The position numbers and the translations under genes are program-made. A stretch of 64,000 bases of DNA, from positions 992,001 to 1,056,000 of the forward strand of contig CAUVXB020000002.1 in assembly GCA_963555825.3 (NCBI GenBank), given 5' to 3'. The number at the start of each line of letters is the position of its first letter. Positions within the stretch are counted from its first letter, which is position 1. The notes under the pieces are model-generated. The model was not told the origin of the DNA, did not search any database, and saw only the letters and a program-made list of their open reading frames with translations. Origin of the DNA: Alphaproteobacteria bacterium (GTDB lineage Bacteria; Pseudomonadota; Alphaproteobacteria; JAAXGF01). Positions 30,124 to 39,615 of this stretch are shown one piece after another.

Positions 30124-30888
30124 TCAGTTAGCAGTCGGGGTTTGACGCCTGCGGCTCTGGTTGAGCCTGTAGCTGTCACCGTTCATCTCGAGGATGTTGA
30201 CGTGGTGGGTGAGGCGATCGAGGAGCGCGCCGGTGAGGCGCTCGGAGCCGAACACCTCGGTCCATTCGTCGAAGGGCAGATTGGTAGTGACCAGGGTCGA
30301 GCCCCGCTCGTAGCGTTGGCTGAACACCTCGAACAACAGCTCGGCGCCGGTCTTCGACAGCGGCACGAAGCCGAGTTCGTCGACGATCAGAAGCTTGTAG
30401 GTGGCGAGCTTCTTCTGGAACCTCAGCAGCTGCTTGTCATCGCGGGCCTCGATGAGTTCGTGGACCAGCGCGGCGGCGGTGATGAAGCCGACCGAGAGGC
30501 CCTTCTGGCAGGCCGCCAGGCCGAGACCGAGGGCGATGTGGGTCTTGCCGGTCCCACTGTTGCCGAGCGCGATGAGGTTCTCGCGGCGCTCGATGTACTC
30601 GCAGCGGGCCAGCTCCAGGACCAGCGCCTTGTTGAGCGAGGGGATGACCTTGAAGTCGAAGCTGTCGAGGCTCTTGACCACGGGGAAGCGCGCCGCCTTG
30701 ATGCGCCGCTCGACCATGCGGCGCTCGCGGTCGATCAGCTCGAGCTCGGCGAGTCTCAACAGGTAGCGGACGTGATCGACGCCTTCCGAGGCGCACTGCC
30801 GGGCGATCTTGTCGTACTCGCGCAGGAAGGTCGGCAGCTTCAGCGTCTTGAGGTGGTGGGCGAGCAGCACTTGCGGTGTGTCGGTCAT
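30124..30888 (-). CDS. istB: IS21 helper ATPase
   Basis: GNSGTGKTH, LLIVDELG, TTNLPF, LLDRLTHH. Confidence 0.96.
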   Translation of the reverse strand: MTDTPQVLLAHHLKTLKLPTFLREYDKIARQCASEGVDHVRYLLRLAELELIDRERRMVERRIKAARFPVVKSLDSFDFKVIPSLNKALVLELARCEYIERRENLIALGNSGTGKTHIALGLGLAACQKGLSVGFITAAALVHELIEARDDKQLLRFQKKLATYKLLIVDELGFVPLSKTGAELLFEVFSQRYERGSTLVTTNLPFDEWTEVFGSERLTGALLDRLTHHVNILEMNGDSYRLNQSRRRQTPTAN

Positions 30889-32384
30889 GCGCCGAGCCCC
30901 GACAGCAGGCTCATGTACGACTTGGCGGACGTCATCGCGACCCGGGCGCGCGGCAGATACGGATAGACGTCGAGGTTGAGCCTGGGCGGCCGCCGCTCGA
31001 TGCGGCACAGTACCAGGTGCTTCACCGCATCAAAGCCGATTGCGCCGAGCCGCAGGGCGTCGCCGACCGCACCCTCGACCTCCTCGAGCCGGAAGGTCTC
31101 CAGTAGACGGAGCACCTGGACGTACTCGCGCTTGCCTGCCTTGCCCATACGAGCTTCGAGGAGCCGCCGCAGAGTGATGAAGGCCTCGGGCAGGTCCCAG
31201 CCCGCCAATGGCGCGGCCTGGTCGAGGGCGCCGATCTTCTGCTCGATCAAGGGCAGGTAATGCAGCGGGTCGAAGATCAGGTCCTCGCTGTCGTAGGACC
31301 GGCGGTGCCGGGCGATCACCTCGGCCCCGCAGCTGATCACCACCTCATCGACGTAGCCCCGGATGAGCACCTCACGGTGGCCGTAGGCCACGGGCACGGA
31401 ATAGTCGTTGCTGCGGTAACGCACCAGCGACAGCGAACTCGCCCGTCCAGGGCGCTTATCGCAGGCATCATAGGGAGCAGGCGGCAATGGCAAGAGAACT
31501 TGACGATCCCGCTCGAGACGCTCGCCGATGGTCTCCTTGTGGCCCCGCAGCCGCGCCGCCTGGCGCCGGCGGCACTGTTCGGCGAGAGCATCGTTGAGGG
31601 CCGCGAAGCTCTCGGCACGCGGGACGGGGACCAGGAAGTTCCGCCGGATGAAGCCGACCAGTCCCTCGACCTTGCCCTTGTCGTTGCCCTTGCCCGGCCG
31701 GCCGAACCTGTCCTCGAACAGATAGTGGGACTGAAGCTCCGTGAAGACGCGCGTTCGCTGCCGCTTCCCATCGCCCAGGATCCGGGCAACCGCCAGCTTG
31801 GTGTTGTCGTACAGGATGGATCGGGGGACGCCGCCGAAGAAGGCAAACGCCGCGTTGTGGCCATCGCAGAATGCTTCGGTCGTCTCCGCCGGATAGGCCG
31901 CAACAAAGCAACCATCACTGTGGGGAAGGTCGAAGGCAAGGAAGTGGATCTTCCGTAACGCGCCGCCGATCACCGCCATCGCTTCGCCGAAGTCCGCCTG
32001 GGCGTGACCGGGGGAATGGGAGAGTGGCACGAACACCTCACGCGACCGAAGCCCCTGCTCACGAACGTAGTCCTTCACGATGGTGTAGCCGCCCGTGAAA
32101 CCGTACTCGTCCCGGAGGCGGTCGAAGATGCGCTTCGCAGTGTGCCGTTGCTTGCGGTGGCTGGTCCGATCGTCTTCCAAGATCCGATCGATGATTCCCG
32201 TGAACGGACCCAGCTTTGGCCGCCTCGGCGGCGCGCTTCGGCGATACCCTGGCGGCACCGAGAACGACAGCATCTTACGGACCGTCTTGCGGTCTACACC
32301 AAACACCCGCGAGGCCTCGCGGGTGCTCATCCCCTCGACATGACACGCCCGCCGAACCCGTGCGTACAACTCCACCCGATACAT
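30885..32384 (-). CDS. istA: IS21 transposase
   Basis: HTH N-terminus, AQADFG, LYDN, KGKVE, YSVP. Confidence 0.96.
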   Translation of the reverse strand: MYRVELYARVRRACHVEGMSTREASRVFGVDRKTVRKMLSFSVPPGYRRSAPPRRPKLGPFTGIIDRILEDDRTSHRKQRHTAKRIFDRLRDEYGFTGGYTIVKDYVREQGLRSREVFVPLSHSPGHAQADFGEAMAVIGGALRKIHFLAFDLPHSDGCFVAAYPAETTEAFCDGHNAAFAFFGGVPRSILYDNTKLAVARILGDGKRQRTRVFTELQSHYLFEDRFGRPGKGNDKGKVEGLVGFIRRNFLVPVPRAESFAALNDALAEQCRRRQAARLRGHKETIGERLERDRQVLLPLPPAPYDACDKRPGRASSLSLVRYRSNDYSVPVAYGHREVLIRGYVDEVVISCGAEVIARHRRSYDSEDLIFDPLHYLPLIEQKIGALDQAAPLAGWDLPEAFITLRRLLEARMGKAGKREYVQVLRLLETFRLEEVEGAVGDALRLGAIGFDAVKHLVLCRIERRPPRLNLDVYPYLPRARVAMTSAKSYMSLLSGLGA

Positions 32385-32502
32385 CCCCCCCGCCTTCCAG
32401 TCAGAGCAACCCTGACAGAAGGCTATACGCGGTCCCATTTTGGTCCGCCGCAGCCGGATCGACCGGCCGCTTCAGTGGGGGATTATTGCTCTGCCGTTCT
32501 CA

Positions 32503-33177
32503 GTCGCGCCGCACGACGTCGACGAGGTCATGATGGGCGACATCGCCCAGACCAACGACGCGCATGTTACGCTCTCGATCGAGGCGATCTCGCACACGCC
32601 GATCGAACGCATCGACGTGCTCAACGGCGCCGAGACGGTGGCGACGCTGCGCGGCTTCGGCGCGGCGGACCTGGGCCAGCGCATCCGCGTCGTTTGGGGC
32701 GGCGCCGAGTACCGCGGCCGCGGCCGCGACACCCACTGGCGGGGCGAAGCGCGCTTTACCGGGGCCCGGATCGCGCGCATGGCCTAGATCAACGCCTGGA
32801 ACCACGAGAAGCTGCTCGAGCTGCGCGGCGGCGACACGGTGGCGTGGGAGGCGATCACGACGGGTAATTTCGGCGGCTTCGACGCCTGGCTCGAGCCCGG
32901 CGCGGCAGGCCGTCTCGAGATCGAGACCAACCTGGTCTCGGGCGCAGCGGCTCTCGCCGACATCGGCCTCGACGACATCGTCTACGAGGCCGGCGGGCTG
33001 GAGCGGCGCATCGTGATGTTCCGCCTGCCCGAGGACAACCGGTGTCTCGAGCTCAATGAGACGATCACGCTGCCCTTGAAACCCCGAGGCGACAACCCGA
33101 TCTGGCTGCGCGTCACCACCGAGGACGGCTTCAACGCCTGGTCGAGCCCGATCTTCCTCTACCGCGAAGAGGGCTGA
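32503..33177 (+). pseudogene. C-terminal remnant of a large protein (DUF3604-like), 5' truncated by IS21, internal TAG
   Basis: One frame VMMGDI...RIARMA*INAWNHEK...RVTTEDGFNAWSSPIF with stop at 32785-32787. Confidence 0.65.
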
Positions 33178-33266
33178 GCGGCGGTAGCCTCACCGCAATT
33201 TTGTAATCAGCCCGCGACTGCGGGCCGCCGACCGTTCGGCGGAAGCATGCGCGGCGATTGAGCGCA

Positions 33267-33293
33267 GGCCATCTTTACGCAGTAAAGATGGCC
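33267..33293. terminator. Perfect 12-bp stem-loop between convergent genes (terminator- or REP-like)
   Basis: ggccatctttac-gca-gtaaagatggcc; no clear U-tract. Confidence 0.4.
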
Positions 33294-33304
33294 GCAATAA
33301 AACT

Positions 33305-33616
33305 CTATCCCAGGCGTTCCTTGACGTCGGCGGCGAAGTCCTCGTAGCGGCGCAGCGGCGTGACGTCGATGTGAACGTGCTGGCCGTGCTCCTGCATGAT
33401 CGGCAGGTCGAACGAGATCTGGTCGAGCATGTCGGGCGATTCGACGTCCACGACAGCGATGACGCGGCGCTCGCCGACGCATTTCCACAGATCGACCACG
33501 ACACCGGCCTCCTTGGCGCCGAGCGCGGCATCGGCCTCGCGCGCCCAGATCGCGAACAGGTCCTTCTGGCTCATCGAGTCCGGATATTCGACGTTGAAAT
33601 CCAGGTGAAACAGCAT
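33305..33616 (-). CDS. Muconolactone delta-isomerase family protein
   Basis: MLFHLDFNV.YP, LWKCVG, LP...I.VTPL pattern, 103 aa; no catA/catB neighbours. Confidence 0.75.
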   Translation of the reverse strand: MLFHLDFNVEYPDSMSQKDLFAIWAREADAALGAKEAGVVVDLWKCVGERRVIAVVDVESPDMLDQISFDLPIMQEHGQHVHIDVTPLRRYEDFAADVKERLG

Positions 33617-33744
33617 CGAACGCCTCCCCTCATTGATTTTGATTGTTGTCGGCGGCCTACGATGACGGACAGGCGCGCGTACGCGCAAGCCAATTGTGGC
33701 ACACGCCGGGGCGCTGTGGTCTTCTGACGCGGGAGGATGCGCAG

Positions 33745-34755
33745 ATGCCCAATGTCGAGTTCCTGTTTCTCAACCGCGCCGAGGTCGAGGCCCTGGCACC
33801 GCCGATGGCCGAGGTGATCGACATCGTCGAGGCCGGGCTGGCGGCCCACGGCCGCGGCGAGGTGGTACTGCCGCCGAAGAGCCATATCCTCCTGGACGAC
33901 CGCTACAACGGCCATTTCAACGTGCTCGCGGGCTATGCCGGACCGATCGACACGGCGGGCGTCAAGGTGGTCGGCGATTACGTCGACAACTGGCGCCACG
34001 GCCTGCCCTCCGAGGTCGCGCTGCTGACGCTCTACGACCCGCGAACAGGCGTGCCGCGCTGCCTGATGGACGCGACGGTGCTGACCTGGCTGCGCACCGG
34101 CGCGGTGACCGGCGTCGGCGCGCGGCACCTGGCGCGCGCGGGCGCCACGATCGTCGGCCATATCGGCGCGCGCGGCTCGGCGTTCGCCAACATCGCGGCG
34201 ATCGCCGCCAACTTCGACCTCGCCGAAGTGCGCATCGCCAGCGCGCGGCCCGAGACCCGCGAGGCGCTCGCGGCGCGCGTCGAGGCCGAACTCGGCGTCC
34301 CCGCCAAGCCCGTCGAGAGCCCGGCGGAAGCGGCCGAGGGCGCCGACATCGTCGTCGAAGCCACGCGGCTCGAAGAACCGCAGGTGCTCGTCCCCGCCGA
34401 CGCCGTCGCGCCCGGCGCGCTGCTTGTCAGCTACGGCTGGGTCATGGCGGTCGACCCGGCGCTCGCGACCGGCGTCGACAAGCTGGTCGTCGACGACTGG
34501 GACCAATGCACCAAGGGCGGCACCTTCCAGCCGCTGATCGAGGCGGGTGACCTGGCCCGTGCCGGCGTCCACGCCGAGATCGGCGAGATCGCGGCGGGAA
34601 CCAGGCCGGGCCGCGAGAGCCCGGACGAGCGCATCACCTTCTGGCACCGCGGTTTCGCGATCAGCGATATCGTGCTCGGCCACGCAATCCACGAACGCGC
34701 GCTCGCCGCCGGCGCCGGCCAGCGCCTGACGCTGTGGCAGGGTTCGGACGAGTAG
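33745..34755 (+). CDS. Ornithine cyclodeaminase / mu-crystallin family protein
   Basis: GVKVV, DPRTG.P...MDA..LT.LRTGA, IGARGSA, AEIGEI..G..PGR, G.AISD. Confidence 0.92.
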   Translation: MPNVEFLFLNRAEVEALAPPMAEVIDIVEAGLAAHGRGEVVLPPKSHILLDDRYNGHFNVLAGYAGPIDTAGVKVVGDYVDNWRHGLPSEVALLTLYDPRTGVPRCLMDATVLTWLRTGAVTGVGARHLARAGATIVGHIGARGSAFANIAAIAANFDLAEVRIASARPETREALAARVEAELGVPAKPVESPAEAAEGADIVVEATRLEEPQVLVPADAVAPGALLVSYGWVMAVDPALATGVDKLVVDDWDQCTKGGTFQPLIEAGDLARAGVHAEIGEIAAGTRPGRESPDERITFWHRGFAISDIVLGHAIHERALAAGAGQRLTLWQGSDE

Positions 34756-34942
34756 GCGCGGCGCGCCCGGGCGGCTACCATGTCGCCTCGATGCAGGGGC
34801 CGGAACGGACAGCATGGCCGCCAGAGAACCGTCGCGCTTCGACAAGTCGCATCCGCTGCGCATGTTCCCGACCTTCGTCTGGCGGGGCGAGGTCGCGGCG
34901 CAAACCCGCGACCCGCTCAACACGGGCATCGTCGGCGCGCTC
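34488..34942 (+). repeat. Source copy of duplicated cyclodeaminase 3' end / TIGR02466 5' end
   Basis: 34488-34757 matches 38399-38668; 34691-34942 matches 39616-39867. Confidence 0.9.
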
Positions 34943-34960
34943 GATAGCATGCGCAGCGCC
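34814..34960 (+). pseudogene. 5' fragment of TIGR02466-family gene
   Basis: MAAREPSRFDKSHPLRMFPTFVW...GIVGAL nearly identical to the start of 39739..40392, then unrelated sequence. Confidence 0.85.
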
Positions 34961-35034
34961 TTGCCGCCGTCTTGCGATCTGAGTCGACTGTCGACTGGGT
35001 TCGGTCATCTGATTGTCGCGGAGAAGAGTAATGG

Positions 35035-35517
35035 TCATCCCTGTGCTATTTTTGTCTCCAGCGCATCGGTCGGCACCGCGGTCGTCTGTTTGTAGCAATC
35101 TACCGCGAAGAAGGTCGTATACCTTACAACGTCGGGATCATGGTCGAAGAGACGATCACAGACAGACTGGTATTCTTCCATATTGGTAAAATTTCCCAGG
35201 AGAACGGCGTCCACCTCGCCTGTCGTGCCGTAGGCATGATTGATGGCTGCTTCGTTCCGTATCTTTTTCGCAAAGGCTTCTCGTTTCTTCCGTCCATGGC
35301 CACTCGTCACGACGGTGATGATCGCTCTCAGCCCGCGTTCCAGTTTTCTCGGGTCGGCAAGGTAGACACAGCGCTCCAAGTGACCGCTGTTTCTCAGGCG
35401 CCGAACGCGGCGCAAGCAGGTGGAGGGCGAAGATCCGACGTGCTCCGCCAATTCTGACTGTGTCAGGGAACCTTCCCGCTGAAGGGCATCGAGAATTCTG
35501 ACGTCAAGTCGGTCCAT
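35035..35517 (-). CDS. Lrp/AsnC-family transcriptional regulator
   Basis: MDRLDVRILDALQREG...ELAEHVGSSPSTCLRRVRRL, TTGEVD. Confidence 0.93.
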   Translation of the reverse strand: MDRLDVRILDALQREGSLTQSELAEHVGSSPSTCLRRVRRLRNSGHLERCVYLADPRKLERGLRAIITVVTSGHGRKKREAFAKKIRNEAAINHAYGTTGEVDAVLLGNFTNMEEYQSVCDRLFDHDPDVVRYTTFFAVDCYKQTTAVPTDALETKIAQG

Positions 35518-35712
35518 GGAGAGACTCCCCAAAAGTAGATCGTTTATGACGAATATCTCCATTATTTCGGAGAATTTGACCACACTTGTCAAGCACATCC
35601 CACTATCCTGCGCGGACGAGACGGTTGAAGCGATGCCGAATTGGCGAGGCGGGGCGTCAACTAGGGAAATTAAGCGGGCTGCATTCACCTATTTTCGAAA
35701 GGATACGTGGGT

Positions 35713-36969
35713 ATGATTGGTTTTCAGGAAGCGGCTCTTGAGCATTCCGCGCGGCGGTTTGCGGCGCTCGACACCTACCTGACAACCGATGAAGTGGTCG
35801 CGCATCTACGCCCGGCAGAGTCGGTCTATTGCATATATCCTGAAGTCCTCAGAAACGCTGCCCAGCGTTTCGTCGCTGGATTCCCTGGGCATGTTCTATA
35901 TGCCGTCAAGGCAAATCCGAAGCCGGAGATTATTCGAGAGCTTTACGCGGCTGGTGTGCGCCATTTCGATACGGCTTCTCTCCGCGAGATCGCGCTCGTA
36001 AAACAGCTCTGCCCGGATGCCCATTGCTATTTCATGGTGATCTGCAAGCTGACTGGGGCCGCGGAAAAGGCATTTTGGGACTACGGTGTTCGCCATTTTG
36101 TCGCCGACCATCGAAGTGAGGTGGAAAGACTCCTTACGTTTGCCGACGTGGACACGACCATCCACATTCGGATGAAAGCGTTCGATCCTGCATCGGTGTA
36201 TGAGCTGTCAAGTAAGTTCGGTGCCGAGAACGATGAGGCGGCCCGCTTGCTTAAACGTGTTGCCGATGCTGGGCTGCGCCCTGGCTTGGCATTCAATGTT
36301 GGTTCGCTCTGCCGGCATCCAGATGCTTACCGTCGGGCCATTGCGGCGGCGAGCGATGTGGCAAAGGCGGCTGACGTCTCAATAGCGTCGATCGATGTTG
36401 GGGGAGGGTTCCCGACCGAGTATCCGGGCCTGGGCTCCCGTCCGATCGAAGAGTTTTTCTCAGCAATACGCTACGAGCTCGAAACTACAGATTGGCCCGA
36501 GGATTGTGTGGTTCTCTGCGAACCGGGACGTGCTCTCGTCGCCGAAGGCCAGTCACTGCTCGTACAGGTCATTCTCATAAAAGAAGACCTCGTGTTCTTG
36601 AACGATGGTGTTTATGGCAGCTTCAAGGAGCTCGATATCTCCGATAACGCCGTCGTATATCCACCAAGAGTCATTCGTCTCATGGGGACACCAGACGAGA
36701 AGACCAAGCCTTATTCAATCTCCGGACCGACCTGCGATTCGCTTGACCTGTTCCCGGCGAAAATAAATCTCCCGGTCGGCCTTGAGGTCGGTGACTGGAT
36801 CGAATTTGGTCTCGCTGGGGCTTACACCAATTCAATGAGCTCCAGGTTCAACGGCCTCTACTCCGATCAGTGGGTCCGTATCGAAGGGGGGCGAGCCGTT
36901 CCGCCCAGCGGGTCACAGTCACGAACGTATGCAGCAGAGGCAGGGGGAATGGTCATGCCGAGAGTTTAG
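35713..36969 (+). CDS. Group IV (fold type III) PLP decarboxylase, ornithine/lysine decarboxylase-like
   Basis: YAVKAN, FDTAS, SKFG, DVGGG, EPGR, GPTCDS, GAYT. Confidence 0.9.
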   Translation: MIGFQEAALEHSARRFAALDTYLTTDEVVAHLRPAESVYCIYPEVLRNAAQRFVAGFPGHVLYAVKANPKPEIIRELYAAGVRHFDTASLREIALVKQLCPDAHCYFMVICKLTGAAEKAFWDYGVRHFVADHRSEVERLLTFADVDTTIHIRMKAFDPASVYELSSKFGAENDEAARLLKRVADAGLRPGLAFNVGSLCRHPDAYRRAIAAASDVAKAADVSIASIDVGGGFPTEYPGLGSRPIEEFFSAIRYELETTDWPEDCVVLCEPGRALVAEGQSLLVQVILIKEDLVFLNDGVYGSFKELDISDNAVVYPPRVIRLMGTPDEKTKPYSISGPTCDSLDLFPAKINLPVGLEVGDWIEFGLAGAYTNSMSSRFNGLYSDQWVRIEGGRAVPPSGSQSRTYAAEAGGMVMPRV

Positions 36970-36982
36970 CCCAGCTAAACTC
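36962..36982 (+). terminator. Stem-loop over the decarboxylase stop codon
   Basis: gagtttagc-cca-gctaaactc perfect 9-bp stem. Confidence 0.35.
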
Positions 36983-37060
36983 AGCCGTCAGCAATTTCGT
37001 TTTTCTCCGGCCGCATAAGGGGCCAGAACTGGCCAGGTTCAAGCTTCAAGGTGCGTCGCC

Positions 37061-38308
37061 ATGCCTGTTCAATCAGATCGCTCCCTCCTTTGGCCGTGGT
37101 TTCTCGTGGGCTTCGGGTTCCTGGCGCTGGCCTTGGCCTTCTCCGCCAGGGCCGCGCTGGGCCTGATCATGCCTTTGTGGGACAGCGAGCTGGGCTGGTC
37201 CCGGAGTTTCGTGTCGGGCGCGGGCGCGGCGGCGCTGATCGTGATGGCCGGGATTGCGCCCTTCGCGGGCAGGTTGGTTGATCGATATGGCCCGCGTGTC
37301 GCCCTGACTGCCGGGCTCACGGCCCTCTCGGTCGGCTGCTTCCTGGTGGCGTTGACCAGCGACCGGATCGTCTTCTTGATTTCCTACAGCCTCATCTCCG
37401 CAGCGGGATTCGGGATTCTCGCGACCCACGTGGTGTCGACGGCGGTCGCCCGGACGTTTCGGCGCAACCGGGGTCTGGCCATCGGTGTTGCAACCTCAGG
37501 TGCGACAGCGGGCCAATTCGTCATCGTGCCGTTGATCGCTGCGATTCTGGCCTATGCCGGCTGGCGTTGGAGCTTTGCTGGGCTGGGGCTCGCGTCAATG
37601 CTGTTGGTTCCGATGCTCTGGTGGCTGCTGGCCACGCCAGGGTCAACCTCGGCCGGGTCCGAAAATGACCCAGCTCCGGACACAAGCCTTCTGTTTGACG
37701 TGGTCAGCCTCCTCAAGCGACCCGCCTTCCACGCGCTGTTTTGGAGTTTCCTGCTATGTGGCTTTACGACCACGGGCGTCATCGAGACCCATTTTCTGCC
37801 ATACGCGTCATTCTCCGGCTTCGCCCCGCTGCCGAGCGCAACGGCTTACGGTTTGCTCTCTTTCGTGAATATGGCCGGGATGATCGGGGCCGGATGGCTC
37901 ACCGACCGGATGAATCGACCCCTGCTGCTGGGAGTGATCTACATTCTGAGGGCTCTCACCTTCATTCTGCTGATAAACGTGGGTGCGAGCTTGGAGGCGC
38001 TATTTGTCTTCGCGGCGCTGTTCGGGGCCGTCGATTACGCCACGGTACCAGTGACCGCGAGCTTGGCCGCCAGCCATCTCGGGATCAGGGTCATGGGCCT
38101 CGCCATGGGAATGATCTCGGCCGGTCATTCCATCGGCGCCTTCTTGGGCGGCTACCTCTACGACCTCTACGCACGCTATGACTGGATTTGGATGAGCTCG
38201 CTGGGTCTGGCGGTTCTTGCTGCATTCATTGTGTTCCTACTACGGGATCGACCTGTCGTCATACCTGCTCCCGTAGTCGAGCCAAGAATCGGTGAACCGT
38301 CTGATTGA
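37061..38308 (+). CDS. MFS transporter
   Basis: About 12 TMs, GRLVDRYGPR and GWLTDRMNR motif A. Confidence 0.92.
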   Translation: MPVQSDRSLLWPWFLVGFGFLALALAFSARAALGLIMPLWDSELGWSRSFVSGAGAAALIVMAGIAPFAGRLVDRYGPRVALTAGLTALSVGCFLVALTSDRIVFLISYSLISAAGFGILATHVVSTAVARTFRRNRGLAIGVATSGATAGQFVIVPLIAAILAYAGWRWSFAGLGLASMLLVPMLWWLLATPGSTSAGSENDPAPDTSLLFDVVSLLKRPAFHALFWSFLLCGFTTTGVIETHFLPYASFSGFAPLPSATAYGLLSFVNMAGMIGAGWLTDRMNRPLLLGVIYILRALTFILLINVGASLEALFVFAALFGAVDYATVPVTASLAASHLGIRVMGLAMGMISAGHSIGAFLGGYLYDLYARYDWIWMSSLGLAVLAAFIVFLLRDRPVVIPAPVVEPRIGEPSD

Positions 38309-38405
38309 ATTCGTCCGCCCTTTCGAGATTTGGCATGTGCCCAGCACCTTCGATCACCGCGAACTCTGATCCGGTAACGCGCTCACGTATGAACTCTGCG
38401 TCGAC
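38259..38405 (-). pseudogene. C-terminal remnant of an alpha/beta hydrolase
   Basis: AVIEGAGHMPNLERADEFNQTVHRFL; cut off by the duplicated cyclodeaminase segment. Confidence 0.7.
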
Positions 38406-38668
38406 GATTGGGACCAATGCACCAAGGGCGGCACCTTCCAGCCGCTGATCGAGGCGGGTGACCTGGCCCGTGCCGGCGTCCACGCCGAGATCGGCGAGAT
38501 CGCGGCGGGAACCAGGCCGGGCCGCGAGAGCCCGGACGAGCGCATCACCTTCTGGCACCGCGGTTTCGCGATCAGCGATATCGTGCTCGGCCACGCAATC
38601 CACGAACGCGCGCTCGCCGCCGGCGCCGGCCAGCGCCTGACGCTGTGGCAGGGTTCGGACGAGTAGGC
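38399..38668 (+). repeat. 270-bp duplicate of the cyclodeaminase 3' end
   Basis: Matches 34488-34757 with one mismatch seen. Confidence 0.92.
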
Positions 38669-38711
38669 TTGGCGTCAACCGCCCCGTCGCTGCCGCGACG
38701 GCGCGCAACGC

Positions 38712-39170
38712 TCAGCCGCCGCAAGCCGATTTGTATGCCTGCTCGAAAATGATGACCCAACCCGAGCCGTAGCCGCCCCGCATCATCTCGGCCATATCGC
38801 CGAATGCTTCCCAATTGCTGTGGGTGAGTTCGACCCGCGTTCGTTCGCCTTCAAGCGCGGTAAACCGCACTTCAACAAGGCTCGCGTTTTCTGCTGGCAA
38901 CCCCATGTGAAAGTCCATGCTGATCGCGTCGTGCGGGTCGTATGACTTTATCGTGCCCCAATGGTGCTCGGTGTCATCGTGGCCGATCTCCACGATCTTG
39001 CCGCCCTGCTTCGGATCGACACGCAACGACTTGGCGGGCTTGCCGCCGCCCATCAGTGACATCGAGCGCTTGTCCAGCGGCCACCAACTGCCCATTTCGG
39101 TCACGAACACGTCGAATGCCTTTTCTTGGCCGCAGGGAACTTCGATTGTTTTGATAATCGGATCGAGCAC
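38712..39170 (-). CDS. SRPBCC / AHSA1-START domain protein
   Basis: AFDVF..EMGSWWP, VEVRF...G.RTRVELTHSNWE, GW. Confidence 0.88.
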   Translation of the reverse strand: MLDPIIKTIEVPCGQEKAFDVFVTEMGSWWPLDKRSMSLMGGGKPAKSLRVDPKQGGKIVEIGHDDTEHHWGTIKSYDPHDAISMDFHMGLPAENASLVEVRFTALEGERTRVELTHSNWEAFGDMAEMMRGGYGSGWVIIFEQAYKSACGG

Positions 39171-39179
39171 TGTGTTCTC

Positions 39180-39491
39180 CTATTCGTTCTTCATGGGTCG
39201 CGCAATTTCAGCGCCATAAGCAGCCAAGGCATCCGACCAGAAAGCCTCCAGATACTGCCGCAGTTCATCCAACCCATCGCGCTTGATCGAATACAGGCGA
39301 CGATTACCCTGTGGCTCAACACCGACCAACCTCGCGGCCTCAAGCACCTTCAGGTGTTGCGACACGGCAGGCCTGCTCACTGGCTGGCCTGCCGCCAAAT
39401 CACCCACGGTCTTGGGCTGCGCGCGCAATGCCTCGAAAATATGTCGGCGGGTTGGGTCTGCCAATGCTGTGAAACCTTCTGCGTAAGCCAT
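39180..39491 (-). CDS. ArsR/SmtB-family regulator
   Basis: ALADPTRR.I, VSRPAVSQHLKVL; common pairing with SRPBCC. Confidence 0.92.
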   Translation of the reverse strand: MAYAEGFTALADPTRRHIFEALRAQPKTVGDLAAGQPVSRPAVSQHLKVLEAARLVGVEPQGNRRLYSIKRDGLDELRQYLEAFWSDALAAYGAEIARPMKNE

Positions 39492-39615
39492 GGCTTCCCG
39501 TAAGTTTTGACTTACCAACATGTCAAGCCGTTTATTCTGGTAGTGGCGAAACGGCTCTTGCTTGCCGAATCCCACCGAGCTCGGCTGCGCGCCAGTATAC
39601 AACGACGGGAGGCGG

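Larger units (their letters stand above)
29933..32502 (-). mobile_element. IS21-family insertion sequence
   Basis: TG...CA ends, imperfect IRs tgtcaatggcggagcaaaaa / ttattgctctgccgttctca, istA-istB pair; no target duplication. Confidence 0.92.

Noticed and set aside
32785-32787. In-frame TAG as pyrrolysine or readthrough
   Set aside because: The gene is already 5'-truncated by IS21, so a nonsense mutation in a pseudogene is the simpler reading.
38259-38708. 149-aa ORF as a novel fusion protein
   Set aside because: It is the antisense of the duplicated cyclodeaminase segment joined by chance to a hydrolase remnant.
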